From Vulcanimicrobiales bacterium (lineage in GTDB: Bacteria > Vulcanimicrobiota > Vulcanimicrobiia > Vulcanimicrobiales > Vulcanimicrobiaceae): a stretch of DNA of 64,000 nt. Both the position numbers and the translations under genes were made by a program. Under the pieces are notes generated by a model that did not search any database, had not been told where the DNA came from, and was given only the letters and a program-made list of their open reading frames with translations. This document shows positions 40,066 to 48,789 of this stretch, piece by piece (the stretch's first letter is position 1; every line of letters starts with the position of its first letter). The stretch lies in NCBI GenBank assembly GCA_038231455.1, contig JBBRLI010000002.1, forward strand, positions 64,001 through 128,000, read 5' to 3'.

Positions 40066-41046
40066 GTGGGCCAATCGTATGCGGTCATCGGCGCCGGCGC
40101 GATCGGGGGGTACGTTGGCGCGGCGCTAGCGCGCGGTGGGGCGGAGGTCACCCTCGTCGCGCGGGGCGGCCATTTGAAGGCGATGCAGTCGAACGGCGTG
40201 CGTATCACAAGCGAGCGCGGCGATTTCACGGCGCGTCCGCGGGCCGTTGGAACGATCGCGGAAGCGGGCGCAGTCGACGTCGTCATTCTGGCGCTCAAAG
40301 CGCAACAGATTGCGGCGATCGCAAGCGAGCTGCACGCGCTCAATCACGAGCGCACCGCGATCGTGGCGATGCAGAACGGCATCCCCTGGTGGTATTTCCA
40401 GCGCAACGGCGGACCGTACGACGGACGCACGGTGGAATCCGTCGATCCCGGCGGCGTCCTCGCACGCACGATCGATCCGGCGCGCGTCCTCGGCTGCGTC
40501 ATCTACTCATCGACCGAAATCGTCGAGCCGGGGGTGATCCGGCACTTAGAGGGGACGCGGTATTCGCTCGGTGAGCCCGACCGCACGCTGAGCGCGCGCG
40601 CTGCGTCGATCGCAGCGGACTTCGTGGCCGGCGGTCTCAAAGCACCGGTCGAACCGGATATTCGCAAGGATATTTGGGTGAAACTGCTCGGAAACGCGGC
40701 GTTCAATCCGATCTCGGCGCTCACGCGCGCAACGCTCGTCGCGATGGCCGAAGATCCCGCCGTGCACGCGCTCGTTGCGGAGATGATGGCAGAGTGCGTT
40801 GCAATCGCCGGGCGGTTGGGTTCGCCCGTCGACATCGCGATCGAAAAACGCATCGATGGCGCACGGCGTGTCGGCGAGCATAAGACCTCGATGTTACAAG
40901 ATCTCGAAGCGCGCAAAGCCTTCGAACTCGACGCGCTCGTCGGCGCGGTCGTCGAGCTCGGCGCCCTCGTCGGCGTTCCGACGCCGGCGACCTCGCACGT
41001 GTACGCGCTCGCGCATCTACTCGACCGCACGAATCGTGCCGGATGA
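40066..41046 (+). CDS. panE: ketopantoate reductase family protein (candidate oxalyl-CoA reductase, PanE2-like)
   Basis: GAGAIGG, QNGIPWWYF, W.KL.GN..FNP.SAL, HKTSMLQD. Confidence 0.88.
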   Translation: MGQSYAVIGAGAIGGYVGAALARGGAEVTLVARGGHLKAMQSNGVRITSERGDFTARPRAVGTIAEAGAVDVVILALKAQQIAAIASELHALNHERTAIVAMQNGIPWWYFQRNGGPYDGRTVESVDPGGVLARTIDPARVLGCVIYSSTEIVEPGVIRHLEGTRYSLGEPDRTLSARAASIAADFVAGGLKAPVEPDIRKDIWVKLLGNAAFNPISALTRATLVAMAEDPAVHALVAEMMAECVAIAGRLGSPVDIAIEKRIDGARRVGEHKTSMLQDLEARKAFELDALVGAVVELGALVGVPTPATSHVYALAHLLDRTNRAG

Positions 41047-41771
41047 TCGATATCTTCGGCGACGCGCGTATGGCGCTCGTGCAGCGCGGTACCGAACTCT
41101 GGAGCGCACTTTTCGTCATCATCATCACGATCGTTGCGGCGCGACTTTCGGGCCGCTTCATTCCGACGTTTTTACCGTCGGCATCGGTGATTCGCAGCGT
41201 CGTTCGGATCGCGATCGTTTCGATCGGACTCCTCATCGCGCTCGGCACGTTCGGCATCTCGATCGCACCCGCGCTGACGGCGCTCGGCGTTGGCGGATTA
41301 GCGGTCGCCCTCGGACTTAAAGATACGCTCTCGAATTTATTCGCCGGGATCGCGCTGCTCGCATCGCGTCAAGTCGTGCCGGGCGATTTCATTCGATTCG
41401 ATGGCGGCGAAGGCTACGTCGTGGATATTTCGTGGCGCATCACGACCGTGCGCGACGCGGCGGGCGCGTACATCTATGTTCCAAACGAAAAACTGGCCCA
41501 GTCGACACTCACGAGCGTCGCGCGAGGCGGCGAACAGCTCAGCGTCCCCTTCGCAATTCCGCAAGCGACCGATTTACCGGTGTTTCTTGCGGCGGTGCGC
41601 GAGCGGCTCGTGCCCGCAGTCGCGCGCGCGATTTATCTTGTCGGCATGAATGAGGCGCAGTCGGCCTTTTCGCTCGTCATCGAATTGCCGCAGGGCGTCG
41701 ATGCGTTTGCGGCCCGCGCTCGTGCGCTCGAAGAGATCGCGGCGGTCGCACTTCCCAAACGCGCGCCGTAA
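41043..41771 (+). CDS. mscS: small-conductance mechanosensitive channel family protein
   Basis: LGVGGLAVALGLKDTLSNLFAG, GDFI, G.V.DI.WR.T, VPN. Confidence 0.85.
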   Translation: MIDIFGDARMALVQRGTELWSALFVIIITIVAARLSGRFIPTFLPSASVIRSVVRIAIVSIGLLIALGTFGISIAPALTALGVGGLAVALGLKDTLSNLFAGIALLASRQVVPGDFIRFDGGEGYVVDISWRITTVRDAAGAYIYVPNEKLAQSTLTSVARGGEQLSVPFAIPQATDLPVFLAAVRERLVPAVARAIYLVGMNEAQSAFSLVIELPQGVDAFAARARALEEIAAVALPKRAP

Positions 41772-41772
41772 A

Positions 41773-41807
41773 CAAAAAAGACCGGACGGTTCGCACCGTC
41801 CGGTCTT
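41773..41807 (-). terminator. intrinsic terminator between convergent genes
   Basis: 13-bp stem AAGACCGGACGGT/ACCGTCCGGTCTT with a U-tract on the minus strand. Confidence 0.85.
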
Positions 41808-41821
41808 CGCCTTACGAGGTT

Positions 41822-43174
41822 CTACTTGAGATTTTGCGCCGTGTAATCGGCGCGTTTGGGAATCGTCTGACCCGCGAAGATCTTTTCGGCTGCTTCGCTG
41901 TCGGGATTGCTGCACGAGCCGGCTGCGAATTCGCCGCCGACGCTCGATGAGATGATGAAGTATTCGCCCTCGCTCTTGCGCTTATTCTTGGCGACGATTT
42001 CACCGGAATAGGTGTTTTGGATCGCCTGATGGTCGCATTTGCGGAAGTAGCCTTTGTCATGTTTACCGGCGTCATAATGGTAGTTTTCAAACGCGGCGAC
42101 CAGTTTTGAGGCATCGGTCGATCCCGTTGCCGAGATGCGATTGATCAGCGATTCACCGGCCATGTAGCCGAGATACTGGCGCCAGTCGACGTTTTTCGAC
42201 CGTGCTTTGAGGCCTTTGTAGATCGCCGCGGTGCGTGCGCCGCCGGCTTCCGGCCCCCAAACGTAACCCCACTGCGAACCGACGATGTCGTCGACCGGAA
42301 GGCCGACGGCAACGTCGTTCCCGCAGAGAATTCCGCCGAAGAGCATCGTCTTGTTCAGACCGAGTTGCACCGCAGCTTTGACCGCATTTTGCGTATCCGG
42401 CCCGTAGTTGCAGAACACCAGAACGTCGGCGCCCGAATTACGCGCTTTGGTCATGTACGACGAGTAGTCGGTCTGACCGAGTGCGTGTTTGTCCTCGCCC
42501 ATTTCGGCGCCGCCGTGAGCGACAAGGATCTTCTTAAGACGGTCGTGCGCGTCGTTTCCGAACGCGTAGTCGGCGGTGAGGAAATACCACCGTTTGCCAT
42601 GCTTGAGCAGAGCGGGTCCAACCGCGCTTGCGAGCATTGCGTTCGAACAGGTTTGACGGAAGGTCACTTTGTTGGCTTTGGGGCCGGTAATGTTCGTATC
42701 GTGCGTACCGATTGCAAGGTAGAGTATGCCGGTTTCCTCGGCGATCGCACTGACGGCAAGGCCGACGGCCGAACTCAGGCAACCCGTGAGCACATCGACT
42801 TTCTCTTGCGAGATTAAGCGCTTGGCCTCGGTGCTGCCAACGGCCGGCTTACTCGTGTCGTCGCCTTTGATGATCTCGTATTTGATGCGGCTGTTCTTTT
42901 TCATCGCTTCGTCGACGGCCATTTGAAGGCCGAGCTGTTGCGAATCGGATGCGGAGGCATAGACGCCGGAAAAGCCGTCAACGTGACCGATTTTAATGGT
43001 CGCCCCGCCGCCGGCTGCGATCACATCGCGGGCGGGTGAAAGCGGGCGGGCGTCTGCCGCAATCGTTTCGAGGAGCGGAAAACCAAGGAACGCAGCTCCG
43101 GCGACGCCGAGTGCGCCTGTGCGGCGGAGGAATTCTGAGCGTTCGATCGTGGTCTTCGGTGATTGATCGGCCAT
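41822..43174 (-). CDS. HAAT-family (LivK-like) ABC substrate-binding protein with Tat-like leader
   Basis: IKIG....SG.YA, D..SKP, ADYAFG, DYSSY, R.CDHQ; AAGGAG RBS. Confidence 0.88.
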   Translation of the reverse strand: MADQSPKTTIERSEFLRRTGALGVAGAAFLGFPLLETIAADARPLSPARDVIAAGGGATIKIGHVDGFSGVYASASDSQQLGLQMAVDEAMKKNSRIKYEIIKGDDTSKPAVGSTEAKRLISQEKVDVLTGCLSSAVGLAVSAIAEETGILYLAIGTHDTNITGPKANKVTFRQTCSNAMLASAVGPALLKHGKRWYFLTADYAFGNDAHDRLKKILVAHGGAEMGEDKHALGQTDYSSYMTKARNSGADVLVFCNYGPDTQNAVKAAVQLGLNKTMLFGGILCGNDVAVGLPVDDIVGSQWGYVWGPEAGGARTAAIYKGLKARSKNVDWRQYLGYMAGESLINRISATGSTDASKLVAAFENYHYDAGKHDKGYFRKCDHQAIQNTYSGEIVAKNKRKSEGEYFIISSSVGGEFAAGSCSNPDSEAAEKIFAGQTIPKRADYTAQNLK

Positions 43175-43401
43175 GCGGTCTCCTTAAGATGGCAAGACGA
43201 AAAGCAGCGGCGCACCCACCCTGCGGTATGAAAGAACTTTTCTTCATCCGGTACGGTTTGCCTGGAGCAATTGACGCGTTCCACGATTCACCCGCGTCCG
43301 AGGGCACGCTCGAGTGCTAGGCGACCAGCTAGAAGTCGTATAACTGGACGCCGATAAGATCTAAAGACGGTCGCATCGGCCGTTTCCCGAGCTTCAAGAG
43401 G

Positions 43402-44268
43402 ATGAACGTTTTGCGACATCCGGCATTCCGTGCACTCATCAGTGCACTCATCTTTTCGTCGTTGCTTTGCGGCACGATGACTTCGGCGCGTGCGGCAAGT
43501 GCCATCCACGGCCGCGTCGTGTGTCTCGAAACCGGACGTCCGCTCGCCCACGCGATCGTCGCGTTCAGCGAGATGGTGATTCCGGGAACGTCGATCCCCG
43601 CCGGAACGACCGTGACGGAAACTGCCGATGATGGGACATTCACCTTACCGCGCGCGGCGGGCTCGCATCTTGCGATCTTTGCAAACGACGGTCACGCGGT
43701 GATGCACAAACGAGTGATGCTCTCCGAGAGTACAACGATGCTCGGCGACTTAGCGCTCGCGATGCCGACGGCAAGCGAACGGGCGTGGCTTACTTTAGTG
43801 AATGCCGACCGTGCGAAATACGGCGCCGCACCGCTGCTTTTCGATGCCGCTGCCCTGGTTGCCGCACGCGGCTATGCAAATGCAATGGCCGGCAACGGCC
43901 AATACGCACACGATGGCAAAGACGGTTCGACGCACGTCTCGCGTTACGAAGCCGCCGGCGGCGTTCCGCCGCGTCGTCTTGGCGAGAACATCGATACGCT
44001 CGCGACCGACTACTCGGCGCTTCCCGCGACGTGGCAAAACGCCGAGGCGCGCTTCATGGCCGAGAGCAAAAACTGCACGGCGCGCGCGAGCTGCCAATAC
44101 GTCGATGACCCGACCGGCGCGCGAACGACGGGCCATTTCCTCAACCTCACCGATCCCGCTTATGTGTGGGTGGGCTTAGGTATTGCCAAAGGCCGCAATC
44201 CCGCGAATATGCCGAGCGCACCGGCGCAATACGCGTACTTCGATCAGGAGTTCGTCGCCCCGCAATAG
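43402..44268 (+). CDS. secreted CAP/SCP-domain protein with N-terminal carboxypeptidase-regulatory-like domain
   Basis: Signal peptide; I.GRV...TG.PL..A; LVN..R...G..PL, GENI, GH..NL, GLG. Confidence 0.8.
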   Translation: MNVLRHPAFRALISALIFSSLLCGTMTSARAASAIHGRVVCLETGRPLAHAIVAFSEMVIPGTSIPAGTTVTETADDGTFTLPRAAGSHLAIFANDGHAVMHKRVMLSESTTMLGDLALAMPTASERAWLTLVNADRAKYGAAPLLFDAAALVAARGYANAMAGNGQYAHDGKDGSTHVSRYEAAGGVPPRRLGENIDTLATDYSALPATWQNAEARFMAESKNCTARASCQYVDDPTGARTTGHFLNLTDPAYVWVGLGIAKGRNPANMPSAPAQYAYFDQEFVAPQ

Positions 44269-44304
44269 CGGACCGATTCGACGCCGGCGCCGAAGAGTGG
44301 CCCG

Positions 44305-45285
44305 ATGGTCGAAGAACGCAGTGAACCGAAAGTCGTCCTCTTGGTCCGCCTGCTAAGCGCGATCGATGAAGGCGTGTACGCGTTCGAAGAACTCAAAGTG
44401 CGTATCGCCGACGGAAAACCACCCTCGACGCGCAGCCTGCGCCGGTATCTTGCGGTACTCGCCGACGCCGGTTTTCCGTGGTATTTCGACCGCGCCGCGG
44501 GCACCTATCGTTTTTCAGACGGCTACAGCCTCAAGCGCCTGAACTTAAGCCAGCGCGAACTCTTCGGCCTCGTCACGCTCAAGCGACTAGGAACCTCGCT
44601 CGGCGGCACACTCGCAACCTACATCGACGAGGCGACGACCAAACTTCTGGGGTCGAGCGACCGCCGGACGAACGCCGGAATCGAATCCACGCCGTCCTTC
44701 ACGATCCGTCTCGATGAAGTCGCGCTCGATGCGACCGTCGAGCGCGTATTCGACACGCTGCAAACCGCCGAGCGGGCGCGCCGCCGCGTCAGTTTCGCCT
44801 ACGTCGACAAACGCGGCACGGCGAGCGACCGCCGCGTCGATCCATACGGATTTATCGTTTCATCCGGCCGCATCTACATGGTCGGCTACGACCACGGACG
44901 GAGCGACATGCGCGTCTTTGCCGTCGACAACATCAGCGACCCAAAAGTGCTTCCGGCAACCTACGAGAAACCGGCCGACTTCAACCTCGATGCCTTCGGC
45001 GTGAATTCCGTCAGCGGCGTGATCCAAACGGAATCCCTCGAGTCGATCACCGTCGCGTTTTCCGCAATCGTCGCAAAGGCCGCCGCAGCCTCCAACGTCG
45101 CGCGCGAACGCGAGGTCGTTCGACGCGCAGACGGATCGGTTGAGATCACGTACCGCGTCGGCGATCCACTCGAGATCGTGCGCTGGTCGATGGGCTGGGG
45201 AGCCGAAGCCGAAGTCGTCGCGCCCGCAAGCGCGCGAGACGCCGCACGCGAAATCGCGCAGCGTCTCGCCGCGCGTTACGGTTAG
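44305..45285 (+). CDS. HTH-WYL-WCX transcriptional regulator (PafB/C-like)
   Basis: N-terminal HTH (RSLRRYL..L..AGFP), R.VDPY, Y.VGYD..R...R.F.VD.I, W...WG..AEVV.P. Confidence 0.9.
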   Translation: MVEERSEPKVVLLVRLLSAIDEGVYAFEELKVRIADGKPPSTRSLRRYLAVLADAGFPWYFDRAAGTYRFSDGYSLKRLNLSQRELFGLVTLKRLGTSLGGTLATYIDEATTKLLGSSDRRTNAGIESTPSFTIRLDEVALDATVERVFDTLQTAERARRRVSFAYVDKRGTASDRRVDPYGFIVSSGRIYMVGYDHGRSDMRVFAVDNISDPKVLPATYEKPADFNLDAFGVNSVSGVIQTESLESITVAFSAIVAKAAAASNVAREREVVRRADGSVEITYRVGDPLEIVRWSMGWGAEAEVVAPASARDAAREIAQRLAARYG

Positions 45286-45551
45286 TCCCCACCCCACTGC
45301 CGCGCTTCGGGCGGAGCATAGTGCGCCTCGATGTCGTCCGGCGCGACGTCGCGTCCGATCGTCGATTTGATGATCGCAGCAATGTCCGCATCCGATTTCC
45401 CCGCCTCCCGGAACTGCTCGATCTCATCGCTGATCATCCCGACGAACGCAGGCAACGGAAAGCGTTCCGCATCCATGCCGAGGGAGCGACGAAGCTCCCG
45501 CTGAACGGCGACAGCCTCTTGAGCGGAAAAGGTCGAAGACTCTTCATGCAT
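45282..45551 (-). CDS. small hypothetical protein
   Basis: 89 aa with GGAGA RBS; divergent from marR. Confidence 0.7.
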   Translation of the reverse strand: MHEESSTFSAQEAVAVQRELRRSLGMDAERFPLPAFVGMISDEIEQFREAGKSDADIAAIIKSTIGRDVAPDDIEAHYAPPEARQWGGD

Positions 45552-45598
45552 CGTGATTTCTCCCAAACAGCGCGGCCGAGCGGGCCGTTAGCTGCATA

Positions 45599-46084
45599 AT
45601 GCAGGTTTCAGTGGAGGACGTCGTTCAGCAAGAAGCGCGGGCGTTCCTTGCGGCCTGGTTCGACACGCGCCGCATCATACAAACGTTCAATTTCAACCGC
45701 TTCCAACAAGAAGGCTTGAGCGCCACCCAGTTCATTCTCCTCAACATGATCGGTGAACAAAAAACCGGTGCAACGGCCGCCGACCTCGCGCGCCGCCTCA
45801 ACGTCGACGTCACGACAACGATGCGCACCGCCGAGAGCCTCGCAACGCGCGGGCTACTACGCAAAGCAAAAGACCCAGCCGACCGCCGACGCTCGTTCCT
45901 CACACTCACCGCCAAAGGCCGCAAACTCCACGCCCGAATCCACGAAGCATTCATCGATCAAATCGTAGCCGCATTCGGTGCAATGCCGGCGAGCGCGCGA
46001 ACCGGACTAATCGCGGGCCTGTCTGCGTTCGTGGAAGCCACGAACGCAGCAGACGTTCTCCTTATGAACAAGCGCCAAAGCTAA
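45599..46084 (+). CDS. MarR family transcriptional regulator
   Basis: GLS.TQF.LL, LA..L, L...GL, DP.DRR...L.LT.KG. Confidence 0.92.
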   Translation: MQVSVEDVVQQEARAFLAAWFDTRRIIQTFNFNRFQQEGLSATQFILLNMIGEQKTGATAADLARRLNVDVTTTMRTAESLATRGLLRKAKDPADRRRSFLTLTAKGRKLHARIHEAFIDQIVAAFGAMPASARTGLIAGLSAFVEATNAADVLLMNKRQS

Positions 46085-46151
46085 CCACAAAGTCGATCCC
46101 TCCTATTCTCTCAAAGCATTTTTTTGAAAGATCAAAGGCGATTCGTCCCCA

Positions 46152-46189
46152 GAGTTCCGGGTGAGATGGCACCATCTCGCCCGGAACTC
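46152..46189 (+). terminator. long inverted repeat downstream of marR (probable terminator)
   Basis: GAGTTCCGGGTGAGATGG / CCATCTCGCCCGGAACTC, 18-nt arms with one G-U pair. Confidence 0.6.
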
Positions 46190-46208
46190 AAAACCACGAT
46201 CCAAAAGC

Positions 46209-46252
46209 AAAAAAATAGCACAAACGCCCGGTGCGAAGGCACCGGGCGTTTG
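46209..46252 (-). terminator. intrinsic terminator of candidate ncRNA
   Basis: 14-bp perfect stem CAAACGCCCGGTGC/GCACCGGGCGTTTG followed by TGCTATTTTTTT on the minus strand. Confidence 0.8.
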
Positions 46253-46436
46253 AAAGCGCGAGATTCAGAGCTTTTCCCTTTCGAGTCTCCGAAGCGTTTC
46301 TGCGAAGCGTGTACCCCGCAAAACCGGTATCCGTGTCTCGATCGACATCGGCGTCCTTGGCACCACGTTCCTTCGAACTTTCGTTCTCTGGTCGGTGAGC
46401 CGCGAGCCTCGCAACTCGCCCGTCATTGCTGACGTG
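46212..46436 (-). ncRNA. candidate ~220-nt structured small RNA (family unassigned)
   Basis: Bounded by a consensus promoter and terminator; several GNRA-capped hairpins; no convincing ORF. Confidence 0.65.
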
Positions 46437-46441
46437 CCCCA

Positions 46442-46470
46442 ATAGTAGCAGGCCAAATTTCGGTTTGCAA
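46442..46470 (-). promoter_or_regulatory. sigma70-type promoter of candidate ncRNA
   Basis: TTGCAA(46470-46465)-17bp-TACTAT(46447-46442) with TG extension. Confidence 0.7.
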
Positions 46471-46538
46471 TGCCAAATGCGGGCGTTCCACAAGTCGTCC
46501 ACAAGAAAACGAACTTATTCGCAGAATTCCACAGCCTT

Positions 46539-47045
46539 ATGCACAAATTGACGGCTCTCTTGATGTTCGCACTGCTCGTTTTGGGTGTCCCGGCAAGCGC
46601 CCAAGGGGTTCCACAAGGCGCTCCGGTCGACGGCATTCCCTGTGATACAGCAGAGGGCGCGTTGCTCCACTTCCACCCGCATGTGTCGATCAGCGATCAT
46701 GGCAAGCCGGTCGTTATTCCGGAAGACGTCGGCCGTCCGCTGGCCACGCCGTGTTTATACTGGATCCACACACATACGCCGGACGGAATCGTCCACATTG
46801 AATCGCCCCGGTACCGGACGTTCAAGCTTGGGGAGTTTTTCGATATTTGGGCGCAGCCGCTATCGCGGTCAAACATTGCCGGCGTGAAGGTGCGTAAAGG
46901 TGAGAAAGTGATGGTTTGGGTGGCCGGCCGGTTGTATTCCGGTGATTTACGGAAGATCGAGCTTGCCCAGCACCTGGATATCGACATTGCCGTTGGCCCT
47001 CCGTATATGAAGCCCCGCGCTTTTACGGCCTGGAACGGCAACTGA
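46539..47045 (+). CDS. secreted His/Cys-rich hypothetical protein
   Basis: Signal peptide; DGIPC, HFHPH, CLYWIHTH..DG..HIE motifs. Confidence 0.8.
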   Translation: MHKLTALLMFALLVLGVPASAQGVPQGAPVDGIPCDTAEGALLHFHPHVSISDHGKPVVIPEDVGRPLATPCLYWIHTHTPDGIVHIESPRYRTFKLGEFFDIWAQPLSRSNIAGVKVRKGEKVMVWVAGRLYSGDLRKIELAQHLDIDIAVGPPYMKPRAFTAWNGN

Positions 47046-47135
47046 GCCGACAATAATTGCTGGGCGAGCCCTTCCTTCCTTGAACAGTCGGTCGGGTAGG
47101 GGTGCGTAGAATCTTGTACTGAACCGTACCAGACG

Positions 47136-47987
47136 ATGTCGACGACAAACGCTACGCGCCAAATTTTTACCCTGCTTCAGGACCAGCGCGAGCGTATTTT
47201 TCCGCGCTGGATCGAAGCGGTCGGGGCGCGTTCGCGCGGGCGTCGCAGTTCGGCGGAAACGCAGGTCGAACTCCGGCCGATCTTCGACGCGCTCGTGGCG
47301 GGCGTGTCGGGCGGCGGCGTCAACGTCGACAATCCGGCATATGATGAGTTGCGCGCGATTCTTGCGGAATATTCGCGGGCACGCGCCCGTCAGGGTTTTA
47401 CGCCTTCGGAGACGGCGTTTGCCATCTTCGCACTTCGCGAAGCCGCACTCGATACGATTCATGACGCGAGCGGCAGCCTCGACTATGCGGACACCGCGGC
47501 GTTCTCGAAACTCGTCGATGGTCTGGGACTCATCACGTTCGAAGCCTTCGCGCTTGCGCGCGAAACGGTCATCGTCAACCAGAACGAACAACTGCTCGAA
47601 CTCTCGACGCCGGTGATCAAGCTTTGGGATGGGATCCTCGCGGTGCCGCTTGTGGGGACGCTCGACTCGGCCCGCACGCAAGTGGTGATGGAGGGTCTTT
47701 TGCAAGCGCTGGTCGACACCGGCAGTTCGCATGCCATCATCGATATCACCGGTGTTCCCGCCGTCGACACGCAAGTCGCGCAGCATTTGCTCAAGACGGT
47801 TGTTGCCGCGCGGCTCATGGGCGCGGAGTGTGTCATTTCGGGGATCCGGCCGCAGATCGCGCAGACGATCGTCGACCTTGGGATCGAATTCGGAGACATT
47901 CCGACCAAAGCCAATCTCGCTGACGCGCTGAAGCTTGCGTTTGCGCGCGCTGGTCTGCACGTGCGTAAGCTGGGCCTGAACGCGTGA
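47136..47987 (+). CDS. rsbR: stressosome scaffold RsbR (N-terminal RsbRD-like domain + STAS)
   Basis: QGFTPSETA, ELSTPV..LW.G.L..PL.GTLDS.R, IDITGV..VDT.VA. Confidence 0.92.
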   Translation: MSTTNATRQIFTLLQDQRERIFPRWIEAVGARSRGRRSSAETQVELRPIFDALVAGVSGGGVNVDNPAYDELRAILAEYSRARARQGFTPSETAFAIFALREAALDTIHDASGSLDYADTAAFSKLVDGLGLITFEAFALARETVIVNQNEQLLELSTPVIKLWDGILAVPLVGTLDSARTQVVMEGLLQALVDTGSSHAIIDITGVPAVDTQVAQHLLKTVVAARLMGAECVISGIRPQIAQTIVDLGIEFGDIPTKANLADALKLAFARAGLHVRKLGLNA

Positions 47988-48385
47988 GCGAGCGTATCCC
48001 GGTCGTCAAAATCGGCCGGGTGCTGATTGCGTCGATTCCAAGCGATCTTGGGGACGATACCGCGCTCCTCTTGCAAGAAGATCTCTCGAAACAAATCGTC
48101 GAGCACGCCGCAAGCGGTGTCATTATCGATATTTCGGCGCTCGATATCGTCGACACGTTCATCGGCCGCATGCTGGCGCGGCTCGCGTCGATTTCGCGCG
48201 TCCTCGATGCGTTGACGATCGTCGTGGGAATGCGACCAGCAGTCGCGATCACCCTGACGGAACTCGGGCTCACGCTTGGCGGTGTGCGCACCGCGATCAA
48301 CAGCGATCGCGCGTTCGAGATTCTGCAATCACTCGACGTCCGGGAAGAAGACGATCTCGCGGATCTCGCCGACCACGTTTCGTGA
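47984..48385 (+). CDS. rsbS: stressosome STAS protein RsbS
   Basis: IDISALDIVDTF, GMRPAVAITLTELG. Confidence 0.92.
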   Translation: MSERIPVVKIGRVLIASIPSDLGDDTALLLQEDLSKQIVEHAASGVIIDISALDIVDTFIGRMLARLASISRVLDALTIVVGMRPAVAITLTELGLTLGGVRTAINSDRAFEILQSLDVREEDDLADLADHVS

Positions 48386-48789
48386 GTGCGGATAGCGACG
48401 GCGAGCGCGTCGATATCTCGACCGACGCGGACGTCGTACGGGTGCGACAGGCCGTCCGCGCGTTTGCGCTGCGGGCCGCGCTCTCGATCGTCGATCAAAC
48501 GAAAATCATCACCGCGGCAAGCGAACTCGCGCGCAACGCCCTTGTCCACGGCGGTGGCGGATTTGCTCGCATCGCCTTAATCGAAGAAAACGGACGCGTC
48601 GGCGTCCGCGCCGCCTTCGAAGATTCTGGCCCGGGAATCGTCGATCTGGAGCGGGCTCTTGTGGGCGGCATCAGCACGGCCGGCGGCCTTGGACTCGGCT
48701 TGTCCGGCAGTCGCCGACTCGTCGATCTCTTTGCGCTTGACTCCGATTCGCGCGGGACGCGCGTCACGGTGACTAAGTGGAAACGCTGA
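48382..48789 (+). CDS. rsbT: RsbT serine/threonine kinase
   Basis: QTKIITAASELARN, D.GPGI, GLGLGL.G..RLVD.F. Confidence 0.92.
   Translation: MSADSDGERVDISTDADVVRVRQAVRAFALRAALSIVDQTKIITAASELARNALVHGGGGFARIALIEENGRVGVRAAFEDSGPGIVDLERALVGGISTAGGLGLGLSGSRRLVDLFALDSDSRGTRVTVTKWKR

Noticed and set aside
43175-43401. Riboswitch upstream of the orphan ABC binding protein
   Set aside because: Only weak hairpins; no aptamer consensus recognised.
44305-45285. WYL regulator as marker of a defence island
   Set aside because: No recognisable defence, nuclease or mobile genes adjacent; looks like a standalone PafBC-like regulator.
46124-46636. ORFs 46124-46432, 46188-46502 and 46265-46636 as proteins
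   Set aside because: They run across the promoter or terminator hairpins, lack RBS and homology cues; an ncRNA explains the region better.
47070-47105. SigB-type promoter (GGGTA) upstream of rsbR
   Set aside because: A -10-like GGGTA is present but there is no matching GTTT -35 at suitable spacing.
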